From positions 761,003 through 819,975 of the forward strand of contig JALDTO010000154.1 in assembly GCA_023515725.1 (NCBI GenBank): 58,973 bases of DNA, given 5' to 3'. The stretch's first letter is position 1. Every line of letters begins with the position of its first letter. Origin of the DNA: Amoeboaphelidium protococcarum X5 (taxonomy: Eukaryota; Fungi; Aphelidiomycota). The notes below the pieces were generated by a model, which worked only from the letters and a program-made list of their open reading frames with translations, was not told where the DNA came from and searched no databases. Below, in pieces: positions 10,641 to 24,727 of the stretch. A program made the translations under genes and the position numbers.

Positions 10641-12335
10641 TCAAGGTATTCTACTTTTAAACATGGTGAATCGTCCGATATTTTCGAGGTTGAGAGGAGT
10701 TTCCGGTTCTATGCGGATATCATCCTGACTGTCCAGTATACGTGCTTCTCTCAGGAGTGATAGTTGAGAAGGTGAATGCACCATTACACTAGAATCATCT
10801 CTATCCATTACTTTCACTTCACGGGCACTGTCTTTGTCATCCCCTTCAACGGTAGTCTATTTATTCTAATCTAGTTACTTTAGCGAATCTTGATATTCTT
10901 CTTTTTATTAAAGTACACCACTATCGCTATTGATGCTTCGCTTGTCCGACATTGGGGAACTCGGCATGGATTGGAATCTGACCAATTCTGCTTTAACTGC
11001 AGGAGATAATAGAGTAGTCGAGTTCACTTCTTGAAATTGAATAATCTTTCGAGTTTCCGCAGATGGCGTAAATGTGGTACTAGCTTCACAAGTGGTAGAT
11101 GATGAATACCGCTGGGACATTGCTACCAAAGTGGTACTAACACGGTACTTGATAAAGATTAGAATAATCAGAATAGCACCCATCATTGTCACTAATCGTA
11201 TAGCACCTTATAAAGTATCCAACCTATCAACGCCATTCAGCTGGACAATCATTAGACGCAGAAATAAGCAAGCCAGCGGTAAATTAGAAAATCCAATTCT
11301 CTGTGCGACAGACTGACCAACATCAAATACAGATCCGCGCTAATTTGTCAATAAGTCTCTACTCAGAATTTCCACATACCTGGCATAAACATCAGGCTTG
11401 AGTAAATTAAACTTTGTTATGAACGCATGCTTGATCCAGTCAATTGCAATCTCACTGGCATAAATGGATAGGCAAGAGTACAATAGCACATGTTTCTACC
11501 CAAGAACGGCAGAGGAACTAAATGGATTCTACATGAGCCAACCCCACCATTAATCATAAGAAATCTAACTGAATTCGAGAGCATTTCTAACAAAGATAAG
11601 TACCAGGAATATGGATAAATTGAATCGCTCAATAATATCCGCCATACTAAGTTGAAATAGATTCTCTGCAGAGAACTTTTTAAACACTGAGCCTTTGATC
11701 TCAACGAATTGATTACTAACCAGAAGAGTAAGCAGCGCGTTATTATGACTATTAATGGCAACGTTTAGAGTCATTACCTGATAGAATAGAACCATAGAGT
11801 GCATTATTAGATACAGGAACGCGAGTATCCATTTACCTGAAGCATGTAATAACAGCCATCCATCGCCCTCACCATATCTATATGCTGCATGCAAGACATC
11901 CTAGCCGAAGGATGAACACAATTTATCGCAAATCTCCAACACATTATAGATCACGTACAATTTCAGCGTAGACTGACCGCGAATCGAATGATACATTTTA
12001 CTAGAGTCAACTTGCATGAGACATAGAACAGATGATACGAGAAGTGAGAATTGTATCAGATACTCAAGGTGCTTTCTATTGCTAGCATTTCGCTTGTACT
12101 CTAATATATTAACAATGGCATACAGCGTTCTCAGAGGCAAGATGGTGAATACGCTGAGGAATGAGTTGATGCATATCATATACCCATAAAACATTAATCT
12201 TTCAACATGAGCAGGTATTGCCATAAAGTTGTATACTCTTTGAGTTTATGTATCGCTGTCAGACTCTGTCTTTTATTTGGCATCATTTTATTACCTCCTA
12301 TCCAGAAGATTATCTAAAATTGATGTCAAGCCCAT
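10641..12335 (-). CDS. TAPT1: TAPT1/Emp65 ER membrane protein (DUF747)
   Basis: MYHSIRGQSTLKLYVIYNVLEICDKLCSSFGQD, TLNVAINSHNNALLTLLVSNQFVEIKGSVFKKF, VDWIKHAFITKFN, C-terminal RFTMFKSRIP-TGA. Confidence 0.93.
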
Positions 12336-12544
12336 ATTGTAATAAAATACTTCTGCTTTTAGAAATCAGAAAGAGAAGTAAGCCACGAACGCCTGCCAAT
12401 GTTACTCAGTGCATTTCAATGTGAAAATTTGTGAAAATATAAGCCAAAATTATTGTAAGGCGCGCTAAGGGACATTAATAAGTGTATAGCTAGGTATTAA
12501 CTTAGATGTTCAAAAACATATATTAAAGGAGGGCCAAAAATAAA

Positions 12545-12618
12545 TGATTTCGCCGAGTGTCGATCTCGGTACCTCAAGCGTGTTAAGCTTGCGCTCTTCC
12601 GGCGTGAGCTACGAAACC
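12545..12618 (-). tRNA. tRNA-Val(AAC)
   Basis: Cloverleaf GGTTTCG/CGAAATC acceptor, GCTC/GAGC D-stem, CAAGC-TTAACAC-GCTTG anticodon arm (AAC), CCGAG-ATCGACA-CTCGG T arm; T-run terminator downstream. Confidence 0.9.
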
Positions 12619-13129
12619 TCGAGATGCGATGGATTTCGTTTTAAAACCAAGTTATATATAAAAGGCAATTAGATAAGACAATAAAAAGACTATGAGTCAA
12701 AGAGAGACACCAACAGAAGTACAGGAAGATAAAATATGTTAATAAGATAAATACTCTATTAACACGTTAAGTGGAAGAAATCAATGTATATAAGAGGCGC
12801 GCATATATACAGCCGATACTTGCCTATTCGAGACGTCAATGATGAGAGAGGCGCGCACTTGAAACAATGTTGATCATCTAATACTTTGGAATACATTGGT
12901 TGCCATAATGCGCGCATCCTTGTTATATTATGCAGCGATACAAAAGTCAAGATCCTAGTTATAATATACAGCGATATTATTCGCATTTAAATAAAAATTC
13001 TTTAGCATTGTCAAAATCTGGTATGTAATTAAAATAGTAAACATACAGTATATGACACGGGCTTTATAAGCAATTCCGATCAAACATTAAAAATTTTTAA
13101 TTCACTTCAAATGATCACGAAATTAAGAC

Positions 13130-13504
13130 TCATAGCAGACTATATGCAACCAGAGCCAGAGCAGAACCGAAAGCAATAGAAGACTTTTGAGCAGTACTTG
13201 CGCCAGATGGAACAATATCACTGACATTAGCGACCTTACCAACAAAGCTGATATTACCATTATTGTTAGTGATGGTTCCGTTGACCAAAGGACTAGTGAT
13301 AGTAGTTTGACCATTATCCACGCTACCAGAAGTCTGAATATCAGTAGAATTGATCAGCTGATTGTAGATATCATTTGCAGTCTACTGCACCTAAGGATCC
13401 TGAGCAACTTGCAGCACAGTATCTTGAGCCTATTCAAAAGTCTGAGATTACACACCACAGATCACAGATAGCACCAGAGCAATTAGAATTGACGCGTTTA
13501 GTAT
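13130..13504 (-). CDS. Small secreted, probably GPI-anchored protein; begins at ATA (no in-frame ATG)
   Basis: Signal-peptide-like ILNASILIALVLSVICGVQS, N-glycosylation sequons, C-terminal SGAS...SSIAFGSALALVAYSLL-TGA GPI-type tail; in-frame TGA three codons upstream of the ATA. Confidence 0.55.
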
Positions 13505-13933
13505 TAAGTTTCAATACCGATTAACTGGAAATTGAAGACAAAGAGGTGACACCGAGAGCCGTTTATGTAAAAGGCTATTTCGTATCATCCTTGAGGCATG
13601 GCAAACCCGTAAATCATGTATGAAATGTACAAGTTCTGAAAACGTAAACGTATACTGGAAGTAAGAACTATAAACCACTATTACAGTATATACGTGTACT
13701 GTAGATAGAAAATATTAACTCCATGTAATCGAAGTGTAACAATTATAGTGGCAACTTTTGTTAGTATAGTATTATAGAATTGTCAGACATTGACTTCACA
13801 ACTGTAGTAAAAAAAATTCATTTTACATCATAATTAGATGAATTCCAAAGTACTAAACTAACTTAAATACAAGCAGAGTGTCAACATAAAACTTTATAAC
13901 ACGTCATGAGAATCACCAAAAGCTCATTCAATT

Positions 13934-16900
13934 TCAAAACCATTGATTGTATGGAACATTGTTCTGGAATGGACCTGATGACTGTTATTACCCATTCTAC
14001 AGAGGTTGCCCAGATTAAACATCATTTGCAGCAGGCCCATTTGGAGCACTATTAGAACTTTACACATTGCCAAACATATCAAACAAACTTGGCTCATTTC
14101 CAGCCATCCTAAACGCACTGTATTTGTCAGAGGTATCAGGCTGCTATTACTATTGTTGGTTGTAACCGTTCTGATTATACTATTATAATGTCGATGTTTA
14201 CGACACCTGCTGATGAGAATACATCTACTACTACTACTAACCATACATATTACTGCCACCGAATGACATATTGCCGCCAGTATTTTACTAAGGTATAGTA
14301 GGAGCAAACGAATTTTGTGAGAATAAATCAGTAGAAAATTATGTCCCGCCTTAACCGGAGCCCATACTGCCTGCCATGCCAGTACCAGGTTGATTGAATT
14401 GATTATAAGATCCAGCATTAAATCCGGGCTGATATCCAGCTTGTGGATTAGAAATCAGCGGTTAGCTTGACTACGATTACTGAGGAGGATACTACTACAT
14501 TTAAGGATACCCGGACATCATTGGAGGCTATTACTATTGCTGAGGATAGGATGTCGGTGCAATCTGTGATCTAGTTGGCTAACTTTAAACTGACGCTGGG
14601 CGTTCAAACGGCACACTACTGCCAGACACCATAAAAGCATCCGAAAGCCCACTACTTATAGCCCCAGTTTGCACTGAATTCATTGGAGATTACTATTATT
14701 AAAAGGAATTAGAAACGCTAGATGGTCTTTAAGGGATCGCACTTTACTGGCCTGGATAAGTATTGGACTATTAAGCAACTTTAGTTTTTGCATTATCAAA
14801 CAGCGTATCGGGATTAATTGCAGGGACGGCGACACTCTACTGAGGTTATTACTACTACTGTTACTATCTCCCTCTTCGCAACGTATTATTGTTAGAATTC
14901 TATTACTACTAAGTCACCGGAGCAGCAAACGATGGGAAATTAGACTGAGCTTACGCGGATACAGCAGGCTAAGCCACGGCGGGTGCACTAGTAAACAAAT
15001 CAGTATTTGGCGCCGAATCTTTAATTGAAGCTGCTTGCCGCTACTATTACTTAACTGCAACTTGAGGTTGGGAATTCAATGAGCCATTAGAAGATGTCTT
15101 TGCACGCTTCAACTCTTCTTCCTAGAGACGTTTCGCTAGCTATTCATCGCGCCTCAACTACTCTATCATATCCTACTTCATTTAAGGGGACTACGTGCGA
15201 TCAATGGTGGCAACCTTCTTCGCCAACAGAGAATCAAGATATGCAATATTCTTCAACTCGGCATCTTTTTCTTTTGGATCGGTTTTCATTGTAGGAACTG
15301 CAGAGTTAGTGCCTGTACTAAGAGAAGGCTTGACTTGTTGATCAACAGAAGCAGATCTTAATCCCTAAGCAGCAACAGGCTACTTATTTAATTCAACTGC
15401 AGGATCAGAGACTTTGGAGAAGAAGTCCAAACCTTACTGCAACTTATCCATGCTCGGTCTACCACGCCTTCTCTCAAAAGTATCTTGCGACATAGGCTAC
15501 TAGGCCGCCTGTGCAAATACCGGCATAGAAGATTTACTAACACTACTCTGAGTAGAGCTTTTCTGTTTAGCAAGCACTCGCAGTATATCTCCTTCTCTCA
15601 TTCCCATTTCCTTCATGATGACACGCGTGAGATGCTCCATCACGTCTTGATCCATCTTCTCTTGTACAAACTTCTCCGCATACTACTAGGCATCTTCTTA
15701 ATCAATCTTGCATGATTAAAAATACTCCAGCCAATTAAATCCAGCATAAGAATATGGATCTTTCAGAGCCCTAGGCTTAAAATTATCCTGCGGAGACTGG
15801 ATTGACATTGAACGAGATTAAGGCTGAGATTAAGGTTACGACGCAGAAACATTGGCTTGTGCAGTAGACATGGATAATTCATCAATCTTTGCCAAAACAT
15901 CATCCAATGCGACACCACTTTACTCCTATACATACAACACATCTTCCTTACAAAGTTTAGATATCGGAACAGCAATCTTGACGCCATTAGTCTTATGCAA
16001 CTAAACTTTACCGTCCTTGTAACCCAAATACGCGGCCTCCACCTTGAAAGTCTTTGAAGTATCAGTCCACTAGCGGTTATCGAACATTTACTTTTTGATG
16101 CTATGGATTGAACCACTTTCTGCACTGTCAACTGATGAGGGAGAAGTTATAGATGGAGTATCAATTTACGGACGAGGAGCCAATCTCGGCGGGCTTTCAA
16201 CTGATGCTGACTTGGACTTTTCATGTGGATGATACTCGGCCGCAGAAGAGAAAGACTCTGCATCAGATATAACTCTTGGAGGCAGTTTTGGCGTCGCGTT
16301 CTAACTAGGCCTAGGATGAGTCTCAGGGCGACCATATTCAGTATCAACAACAACGGGCATAGCAGCTCTCGGAGGCTTTTACGGCGACTATGTGGTACTT
16401 GTAGATTGAAAAACCACTGAGTTATTACTAGGCGTACTATTTCCACTTCTCTATCGTGGCGGCTTTACTGGAGGAGCATTTTACGCAGATACCATTGGTG
16501 AAACAACTTGCCGCCGCTCAGGCTCCTTAGAAATGAGACCAGAAGGAACTTCCATTTGGAACTTCTCCGGAAGTTACTGCGCAGTCTCCACCTTCTCAAA
16601 TTAAATATACTTTCTCGGAAACACGCCTATCTTCTTGGATTCACCAATTTTAAATCCATGGCACCATTCATCACCTTTCTTGGTGACAATCACCCGATCA
16701 CCAACATTCAATTTCACTTCGTCATCACCTTGGCCCTCAAATTCGTACATGACAACCGCCTTTAAGGCCAACGGAGCTTCAGCTGGATTATCTTATGACA
16801 CAATACCGGCATCTAGCTCCCGTGACCCGCTCAACTTTATGACAGAGCCCGAAATAGGAGAGGAGATGGCTTTCAACGACTGATTTGACGCCATATTCTT

Positions 16901-18067
16901 CTTGCCTTTATTGGAAGGAGCCAGAGAATCTTGAGATTAAACTGGACTGCTATGTCGACTGTTTCCAGCACTTGCTTTACTACCACTACTATCAACACCT
17001 TTAAAAGTGTCAATTTAAGTGATCAATCGTTACAGAGCATTCTTATCGTTGGAGAGAAATTCGTATGGAGATGAGTTACCATGTGGTTAGAGCATGAACT
17101 TCTTCTTCTCCCTTTTATAATGAGCCAAATCATTCACATTCCATGTTTGGATGGTGCTTTTGTCTTTATCATCAATAAAATCAATGTTCCCATCAGAGAA
17201 CTTGAGATATCCCTCTCTCGTTCTCTGCTTCTTACCAATCCTTATTATCGCAGTTACAGGACACAAGTCAGCATCTACCACATTATCAACTAACCTAGAC
17301 TTAGCACCGTCCATCTATGGAGCAACAACGGGAAAATCAAAAGACGGCGAAGCTTTAGAAGGAGACTTGACCACCTGCTCTACGTGCTATCCAGGGATAA
17401 AATCATCATTAAAATCGTCAAATTCTTCCACTGGGGCTTCTTAGGCTTAAATCTACTCAATCGCATATTACTGCAGCGGATCGACATATTCTTATGACTA
17501 TGATTCTTTCATGGCAGCATACAGCGAAAGTTCTTTATTACTAAAAGATTTAACTAATCCGCTTCCACCAGCATCGTCGCCTGATATAACAGCAGCAGGA
17601 CCTTGTGAATTCTCGGGAGACTACGGCCGGCTCTCGTCAAACTCTTTATCCAAATCTTAAACATTTATAGATGGTGCATTTAAAATAACATCAGAATTGG
17701 CTTCAAAATAGCTAGCAGGAACTTATCCAAACCGGCCAACTAATTCAACCAACCACCAACCCGAACACAGTTCATCGTCAAACACATTTAGCGACGTACC
17801 TTCAGCAAAACTAAGTTCCATATCACTCTACTATTCGTAATCATACAAAGCAGTGGCATTATACTTCACAGGTGCCGGCTCAATATAACTAGACGGGACA
17901 CTTCCAGATGTCTCAATGTGAGGATACACAGCAGCTTCCCACCAGTCACTATCAGAATTATCAAAAACAACAAGCAGGTCCCCCTCTTAGAAATTCAGTA
18001 AATTACCATCATCCTCATTTTAATCTGCAAAATCATATCTAGCCACATAAATTCCAACAATAGTCAT
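13934..18067 (-). CDS. SLA1: Sla1 endocytic adaptor (3 SH3, SHD1, SHD2/SAM, Q/G-rich tail)
   Basis: Two N-terminal SH3 (ARYDF..WW..VPSSYI; ALYDY..WW..VPASYF), third SH3 (VMYEF..EW..FPRKYI), SHD1 [37 protein letters not shown], SHD2 FNWLEYF...GMREGDILRV; 1377 aa. Confidence 0.9.
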
Positions 18068-18269
18068 TGTATTGTAAAGAGTTGGTTGATTGTTACAATA
18101 TCACAGCGTTCAAGTTTGAAAAAGAAATGGAAAAGTATCCGCGAAAGAAATTGAGAAACAGAAAGAGTCGAGCGAGGAGAGCGATGCTCAGCTCATATGA
18201 AGACAGACCTCATGCTTATAAGATAAACTCTTATGATTTAAATTAAATCTATATTAAACACGTGATGTT

Positions 18270-18674
18270 TCAAAAACAGCATTAGCAATCAAACGGACAG
18301 TCTTTACTGGTGCCGGCATTTCTATTCTATTCGATCAGTTGTTCAGCAGAAATAATCCGATAGCCCTCCTCAGTTGTTTTTGAATTACTCGACTGAGATT
18401 GACGAGAAAAGAGACCATCAATTAAAGATATACTCTCAGCTTGAATATGTACAGATTTGCTTTATTTAGCTACACCATTGGCTTTTATTTTGGTGGAATC
18501 CTTCTTAGTCACCGTCTATTTCTTCGCGTCTTAGTCTTTCAGAGAAGAGTTGATACTTAATGATTAATTGGAAACACCCTCTTTATCCGCCTATGTGTCT
18601 TGTGCCTCCCTTTTCTTTCCAAAGGAGAATATATCGTCAATTTCATTACGTGGCTTCGACTTCACCTTTCCCAT
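18270..18674 (-). CDS. DUF1764 family protein
   Basis: EIDDIFS N-terminus, KTTEEGYRI, C-terminal GTSKDCPFDCQCCF-TGA. Confidence 0.85.
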
Positions 18675-19032
18675 CTCTGATGATATATATTAATTATCTA
18701 AACGATCGATATAAAGAATAAGTATAAAGTTCAGTCACAATGAAGCGCGTCTTTGATAATTTTTTGCTCCTTGATAACCAGCCGTTTATTCAAGCTGAGC
18801 GTTTTAAAAATTCTCCCAATCGCTCGTTGCCAAGTGAAGTGAGTTACAGTGAGTGATCGCGGCGGGAATGAAACGCATTGTGAAATTCTCATCTTCTTTT
18901 AGAATCTCTTTCTTTGTTTAGCTTTCCTACATTCTTTGTTGTTTGGTTTGTTATACAGTTCTGCTTTATTTGACTCTGTCGTTTAGTTGATAGCGTTTAT
19001 TTAGTTTGGTTTATATCTGAAATAATTATAAA

Positions 19033-21588
19033 ATGTAACCTGTTGGTGGTCAGTAGTAGGGAGCTAGTGCTGTGGATGTGGCTCTTAAGGTTAATGAATA
19101 GTTGCGTTAGTTGAGGGTGCATTTAAATAAACTCACATCTCTGCTGGATGGTAAAACTTTAATGTTGAGTGGAGTGAGTACGGAGCAGTTGGTAAAGTTG
19201 AATCAGGATTTGTAAATTCAAATGGAGGGATTGTAGTCATAGAGTAACGCTGCTCTTGATGTTGTCACTGCAAATGTGTCTGGCAGTCACGGCGGTAGCA
19301 ATAGTAGTAATAATAATGGTAACAGTGGCAAAGCTTAGCCGGCAGAATTTAAGAAGAAACCATCTCTGTCCAATTGGTTCCAGTCCAAAGTTGTATCTAA
19401 ACTTGGTCCTATTCTATCTCCGTTCTCTTTGGAAGAAAAGTTTAAAGGAAATTTCAGGGCGTTCATAGAGTGTCTGGAGAGGTTCAAAGCTGGCGTAGAG
19501 TCTGCCATCTAGTGTGGAGCTAATATCGAGTGGGAGGTGATCAACAGTTTGAAAGTTATATCCCATCTCCTGAACGATTACCGGCGATATGTCTACATTC
19601 TGATCCCTCATCTCAAGACTTACATTCTCTACCTCAACAGCTATCTTATGCACCATTCGATATCAAAGCGTTGTACAAGTTTGGGGATGAGGATGGACGG
19701 AATTCCATCTGAGCCTATTTAGTCTATCACATTAACTCCGTGTTGGAATCCATAGTAGGAGCATTTTTCGCTAGCACCAAATATTAAGAGGATTATGCGA
19801 CACCCCATTGATCCAAGATTTGATTTCCGTGTGCTGCATGATTCCTCTATATATTAAAAGGATGGTATTGATATTGTAGATACTCTTCCTAAATGCGATG
19901 GATAAAAGTTGATGGAATTTTTCACATACTTTAAAGATTCTATCACCATGAATAGTGAAATTCCAGCTAATGAATAAGCAACAGGTGGTGATGTTTCGTG
20001 CCTATTAACTGCAACGTATCCTATGATTAAAGCTAGTAGACTCCTCTCCAAAGATCAATAACGAAAGTCTTAGGAAGGCCAACTTTTATTGCAAGATGAA
20101 ATGGTTCTGCTGAATGATCCGAATGCCGATGCATATGTTCTTATTGAGGGCAGTAATTTTATGATTGGATGTGTAGCAGATGGAATGGGAGCAGGACATC
20201 ATGCACGGATTGCTAGTAATCTTACATGTGCAGTTGTACTGTCGAAAGCCTTAGGTTATAGTTGTAAAGATCAGGCGCCAGCTTCAATAGTGCTCAATAA
20301 TACGAATGATGTGCTCAATTTCCTAAATGACATTGTGAAGGAAGCACAAAGGGTCATGTCAGAAGTCGAAGAATGTGGAGGAACTACCGTTGTCATTTGG
20401 ATGCTGACTTAATTGAAGGAGCCATTTAATAACGATATTACACATGTCATGAATTACGTTATGGCTGGTGATGTTGAAGGGTACCATTTCACTGCCAATG
20501 TGGCATCGGATTATGTTGCCACACCCAACAGTCCATCGTCTGTTAATCCTTAAATTCTGATTAATGATCAATCTCGATCTTAAAGTAAAAAGACTCGACA
20601 TTTTCAGAAGAAATGGCGTTCTCTGCATCAGTATCCGAGAGACAATGAGGGGATCCGTTTGAATACTAGCTATACACCTGGTGGCATTGGTCGACATCAT
20701 GGATCGTCGAATATGATCTGGGGAGGATTTCTGAATCCAGAGTACGTGGAGCGTAATTGGCAGACTCTGACCGGCTAAGGATAAGCCAAAGACTCGATTG
20801 AGGATAATGGACTTTCTGAATTTGACTCAATGAGCTCTCTGACCGACTTTTACGCTCATACGAACAATTTGCATTTTGGTTAAACCTTTTGTGAGGCTGA
20901 CGATTTCTTGGTATTTGCTAGTGATGGTTTGGGTGATTGCTTGGATCCACTGCAACTCTATCCTCGACCATATTTGATACATGGACTTGAATCTTTTTCT
21001 TCGTGGTAGTAGTTTTAAAAAGAGTTTGATAATGCCGTGGTTGGTTATGGCTCTGCGATGGTGTCTCGCGATCTGAAAGAGTTGGCGTTCAATAATGCTC
21101 TTGCGCCCGTAATGACTCCATACGGCGTTGATGGACAGACTTCAACTTTGAAGAAAGTTTTCACCTAGAATGACATGCTGGAGGTGAATACATCAAGCAA
21201 TCCCTCTTTGCATCTCGACATTAGTGCTGAGAAGATTTTACAGGCGTGTGTGAAGCATGCTATGGATGCAACTAAAGGCGACCGCGATCTTTACGACGAT
21301 GATACATTTCTGCATTCTCAGAGAGCGGACAAGCACAAGATTATGGAGCAGCTGATAGATAAATATATATCTGTGAATCTACCATTTAGACGATACTCTA
21401 GCATTCCAGTGGGCGGCTCTACATCTACAAGGCATCAAATTTCGATACAAACCGGTAGATCCACGAAAGCTGTGGGCATTAGTGGCAATATGGGTGCCAT
21501 CAAATTTGGTCTTCCTCCTGTTTACATCCCTTTCGCGAAGATTGATCATCTGGGCATTGAAGTTGTTCGTGTTTCCGCTCCTTAGTGA
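19033..21588 (+). CDS. PP2C-like domain protein (CG9801-type) with N-terminal coiled coil
   Basis: Single table-6 frame; ATYP, DPNADA, GCVADGMGAGHHARIAS, GGTTVV, AGD, LVFASDGLGDCLDP, KIDH motifs. Confidence 0.78.
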
Positions 21589-22050
21589 TGTGGTTCACTG
21601 TATAAGGATTCTAATCAAATGTTTCTGATAATAAAGTATTTTTTACACTTCCCAAATCTTTAGTAATGAGTGACTTTGATAGGTTTGTAGATTTCGCCTA
21701 ACCTTTCATCTTGCACGAATTTTCTTAAAATTGTCCAAGCGCAAACCTCTTTTTCTTTCTTTTCATATCTAGGGACTAAACGCTTGTTATTAATTGATCG
21801 TATCCTACATGCGTTAATTAATAATACCAAGTGATTAAAATGATGCGTTGTAATTTGCGTCCGAGAACAGTTGTGTTGGTATTCATTGGTTGGAGCAGCC
21901 ACTTTGACCGTGTATACCTTTGCGTAGTAGCAAAAGATGCCGCTGTCTGTGAAGACACTGTACACTGATTAATCATTAATTGTATTTACCATTGCTTTTA
22001 TGTGTCATTTTTTCAAATTCAAACGCTTTAAATATATTGCCACTGAGTGT

Positions 22051-22682
22051 TCATAGCATCATTGGCGCTCTTACTTATTCAACCGCACTTTCACCAGCCA
22101 ACTCTTTTACTACTGAGAGGGCGAAATCAAACGAAGTGCCAGGTCCACGGGAAGTGATTAGCCTAGATCCGCATTCATTGATAGTCGCAGTAACAACACG
22201 TTCATCATCAACGTATTAGTATTCCTGATCCAACTAAGATTTGACTGAAGGATGACTCGTGATCTTACATCCTTTACAGAGGCCACCTTCTTTCAGCGCG
22301 ATTGGACTAGCACAGATAATACCAATGACTTTCTGAGGTGCGTTAACGTGATGCTTCAACAGAGACTATACTTGAGAATCGGAACTAAAGAATTTGGCGC
22401 CAGCTAGTCCACCAGGTAGTATCAGCGCATCATAACAGTCCACATTCTAAAGTTCAGACAAACACAAATCTGCTTCAATTTTCACCTGTCTAGAACACAC
22501 CACAGTGCGGCTAGTTGTGACACTTACGACATCCACTTGAATCTACACTTAGTATTTGGTACGATTAATCATAAACATTCATAAATATAGGAATAAATTA
22601 CCTAGGCACGTCGAAGAACATCAATAGCTATCACAGCCTCCATTTCCTCAGACCCATCCGCAATCAAAACTATCGCTTTCAT
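22051..22682 (-). CDS. PARK7: DJ-1/PfpI family glyoxalase/deglycase; intron 22543-22601
   Basis: ADGSEEMEAVIAIDVLRRA, YDALILPGG, ICASP, ITSHP, LITSRGPGTSFDFAL; 59-nt GT-AG intron restores frame. Confidence 0.92.
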
Positions 22683-22817
22683 TATTACAGTTTTATCACT
22701 CTTCTTTCAATGCTATGACTGTGATTGCAACGGACAAGACAAGTGAAGATTCAATCAGATTAAAAATTAGTTTTAAAAGATAAATTTTACGAGTAATAAT
22801 TGAAAGATTATGAACAG

Positions 22818-23672
22818 TCAAAGAGAACTTTTAACGGGTTGTAGAGCAGCAGCTATCTCTGCCTTGATGCTGAACGTGTCTTGAGCACCAACTACTTGTA
22901 GGCCTTGTTTCGTGATCAGAATACAGTCTCCTTTGCGTATTCTGGATACTCTACGATTATCGCTCTTATTCAAAGCATTGTCAGGAATTTCAGTCTTTAA
23001 TCCGCGATATATTGCAATGATAAACGCGTCAATGACTTCTTCAATAGGCACTTGAACTAGTCTTCCACTTTCCAGAAGCGCGGCAAACTTTTGATCCAGC
23101 TTCATGGCTCCCTGAACCAAGTTGGTCTTCACAAAGTATGGACACAGTGAGACAACGGTCTACTTTGAGAATTACAATGCCTTTGTCAGACCGACCACTC
23201 CATACTTTGTACCGGTATACACAGGATCCAAAGCAAATGGCAACACGCCAGACATACTTGACACATTGATAATGACACCACCGCTTTGGCCTTTCATGAG
23301 AACGTTTGACGCGAGATAAGTTCCCACCACGACAGCTTTAAAGTTGATATCAACCAGACGTTCAATAGATTTTATAGAGTGTTGAATATTCTCAGAGTTG
23401 TCTGCTTTATGAAATTTCACTGAAGATGCGATACCGGCATTGTTTATAAACACATCGACTTGATACTTTTACTGAACCAGTTAATCTGCAGCTGCAGCGA
23501 GATCTTTAGTAATGTCACAGCGAATAAATTTTAATCGTTCATTATTTATGTCTGGGTGAGCAATGTCAAGTACAATCACAGTCCAATTGCCTAAAGACAG
23601 TAATTTATTTACAACTTCCTTCCCTATACCGTTTGAACCTCCAGTAATTACAGCGGTGTATTACGCGCACAT
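22818..23672 (-). CDS. Short-chain dehydrogenase/reductase (15-PGDH-like)
   Basis: TGGSNGIG, CDIT, INNAGI, INVSS, YTGTKYGVVGLT catalytic YxxxK, LCPYFVKT. Confidence 0.9.
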
Positions 23673-23833
23673 CTTCGCTCTTGGTTGTTATTACAACTTA
23701 AAGAAGAGAATTAATTATATAATCAGCCTAAACAGTAACGAGATCAAGAATCAAACGTGTACCTAATGATAATGATAAAAGTGTAAAATAGAGATGTAAA
23801 GTGACAATTTAAAGTCGATGAGATTAATCATAA

Positions 23834-24418
23834 TCACTCAGTCTAGATTACACCCTTCTCGCTGACGTAGATACCGTCCAAGAACTTACGGATATCCTTC
23901 TCCTTGACGTTGGTGCTCTACTAGATGGAGGCTGCACACTGACTGACATCCTCAATGCTATTACCTTCCAAATAGATCTCATCCTTCTGTGCAGTAGATA
24001 AGAAAATCTTGACACCCTCCTTCATCTCGACAGCACGCAACACCTTCTCACCCAAGAAATTACGGATTTCAATCTTGCTGTTGTCCTTTGGAATGTTGAC
24101 GTTAATTGGGAAATGCGCGTAGACAAAACGCATCTTGTATCTGTATCCCTTAGTGACACCATTGACCATGTTCTTGACGTGAGTGCAAATGGTTCTGAGG
24201 CAGGCAGCGTGTAATCTGGCAGCGTGCCACAGAGTAACTCTCAATGCCTTTTCTCCAACGTGCTTCTAACTCTTGACAATCTACAGCTCACATGCAGTGT
24301 GCTTAAATGACTTTTTCAATGTTCCTCTAGGTCCCTTAACAGTGACAACGCGTGATTATACGGACACCTCCACACCTTCTGGGATTCTAACGTCCTGACT
24401 GCTGTTAATGGTCTTCAT
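23834..24418 (-). CDS. RPL9: 60S ribosomal protein uL6 (L9)
   Basis: [40 protein letters not shown] (TAG TAG), [16 protein letters not shown]. Confidence 0.97.
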
Positions 24419-24727
24419 TATAGTTGTTGTTGTTGTAGCTATATAAAGCGTCCACTTGTAATGACTCGAGGAAGGCAATCAGGATCGGCTAATTCAATTA
24501 ATTTCTAGCGAAGGAACGGAAAACGCGAAATTTTGATCATTTCAAAGGTCGGTTAGGTTAAAAAATATTGAAGAAGAGCTGATGATTTTTCCTTCTCGCT
24601 CAAACGCTCACACATACAGACGCGACGGTATGAAAAACGCGAAAACTTTTAAGGCGTTAATGTTTCAAGGTACGATCGACAACTAATGAGGTATGAAGTT
24701 CTTAGATATTTATTTATTAATCACAGT

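Noticed and set aside
12578-12590. tRNA anticodon loop contains TTA, suggesting the UAA-reading tRNA-Gln(UUA)
   Set aside because: With the 5-bp stem CAAGC/GCTTG the loop is TT-AAC-AC, so the anticodon is AAC; the acceptor stem is Val-type
21660-21965. 101-aa minus-strand ORF between the PP2C-like gene and DJ-1
   Set aside because: No recognisable motif and ambiguous splice structure; may be a small gene but cannot be supported
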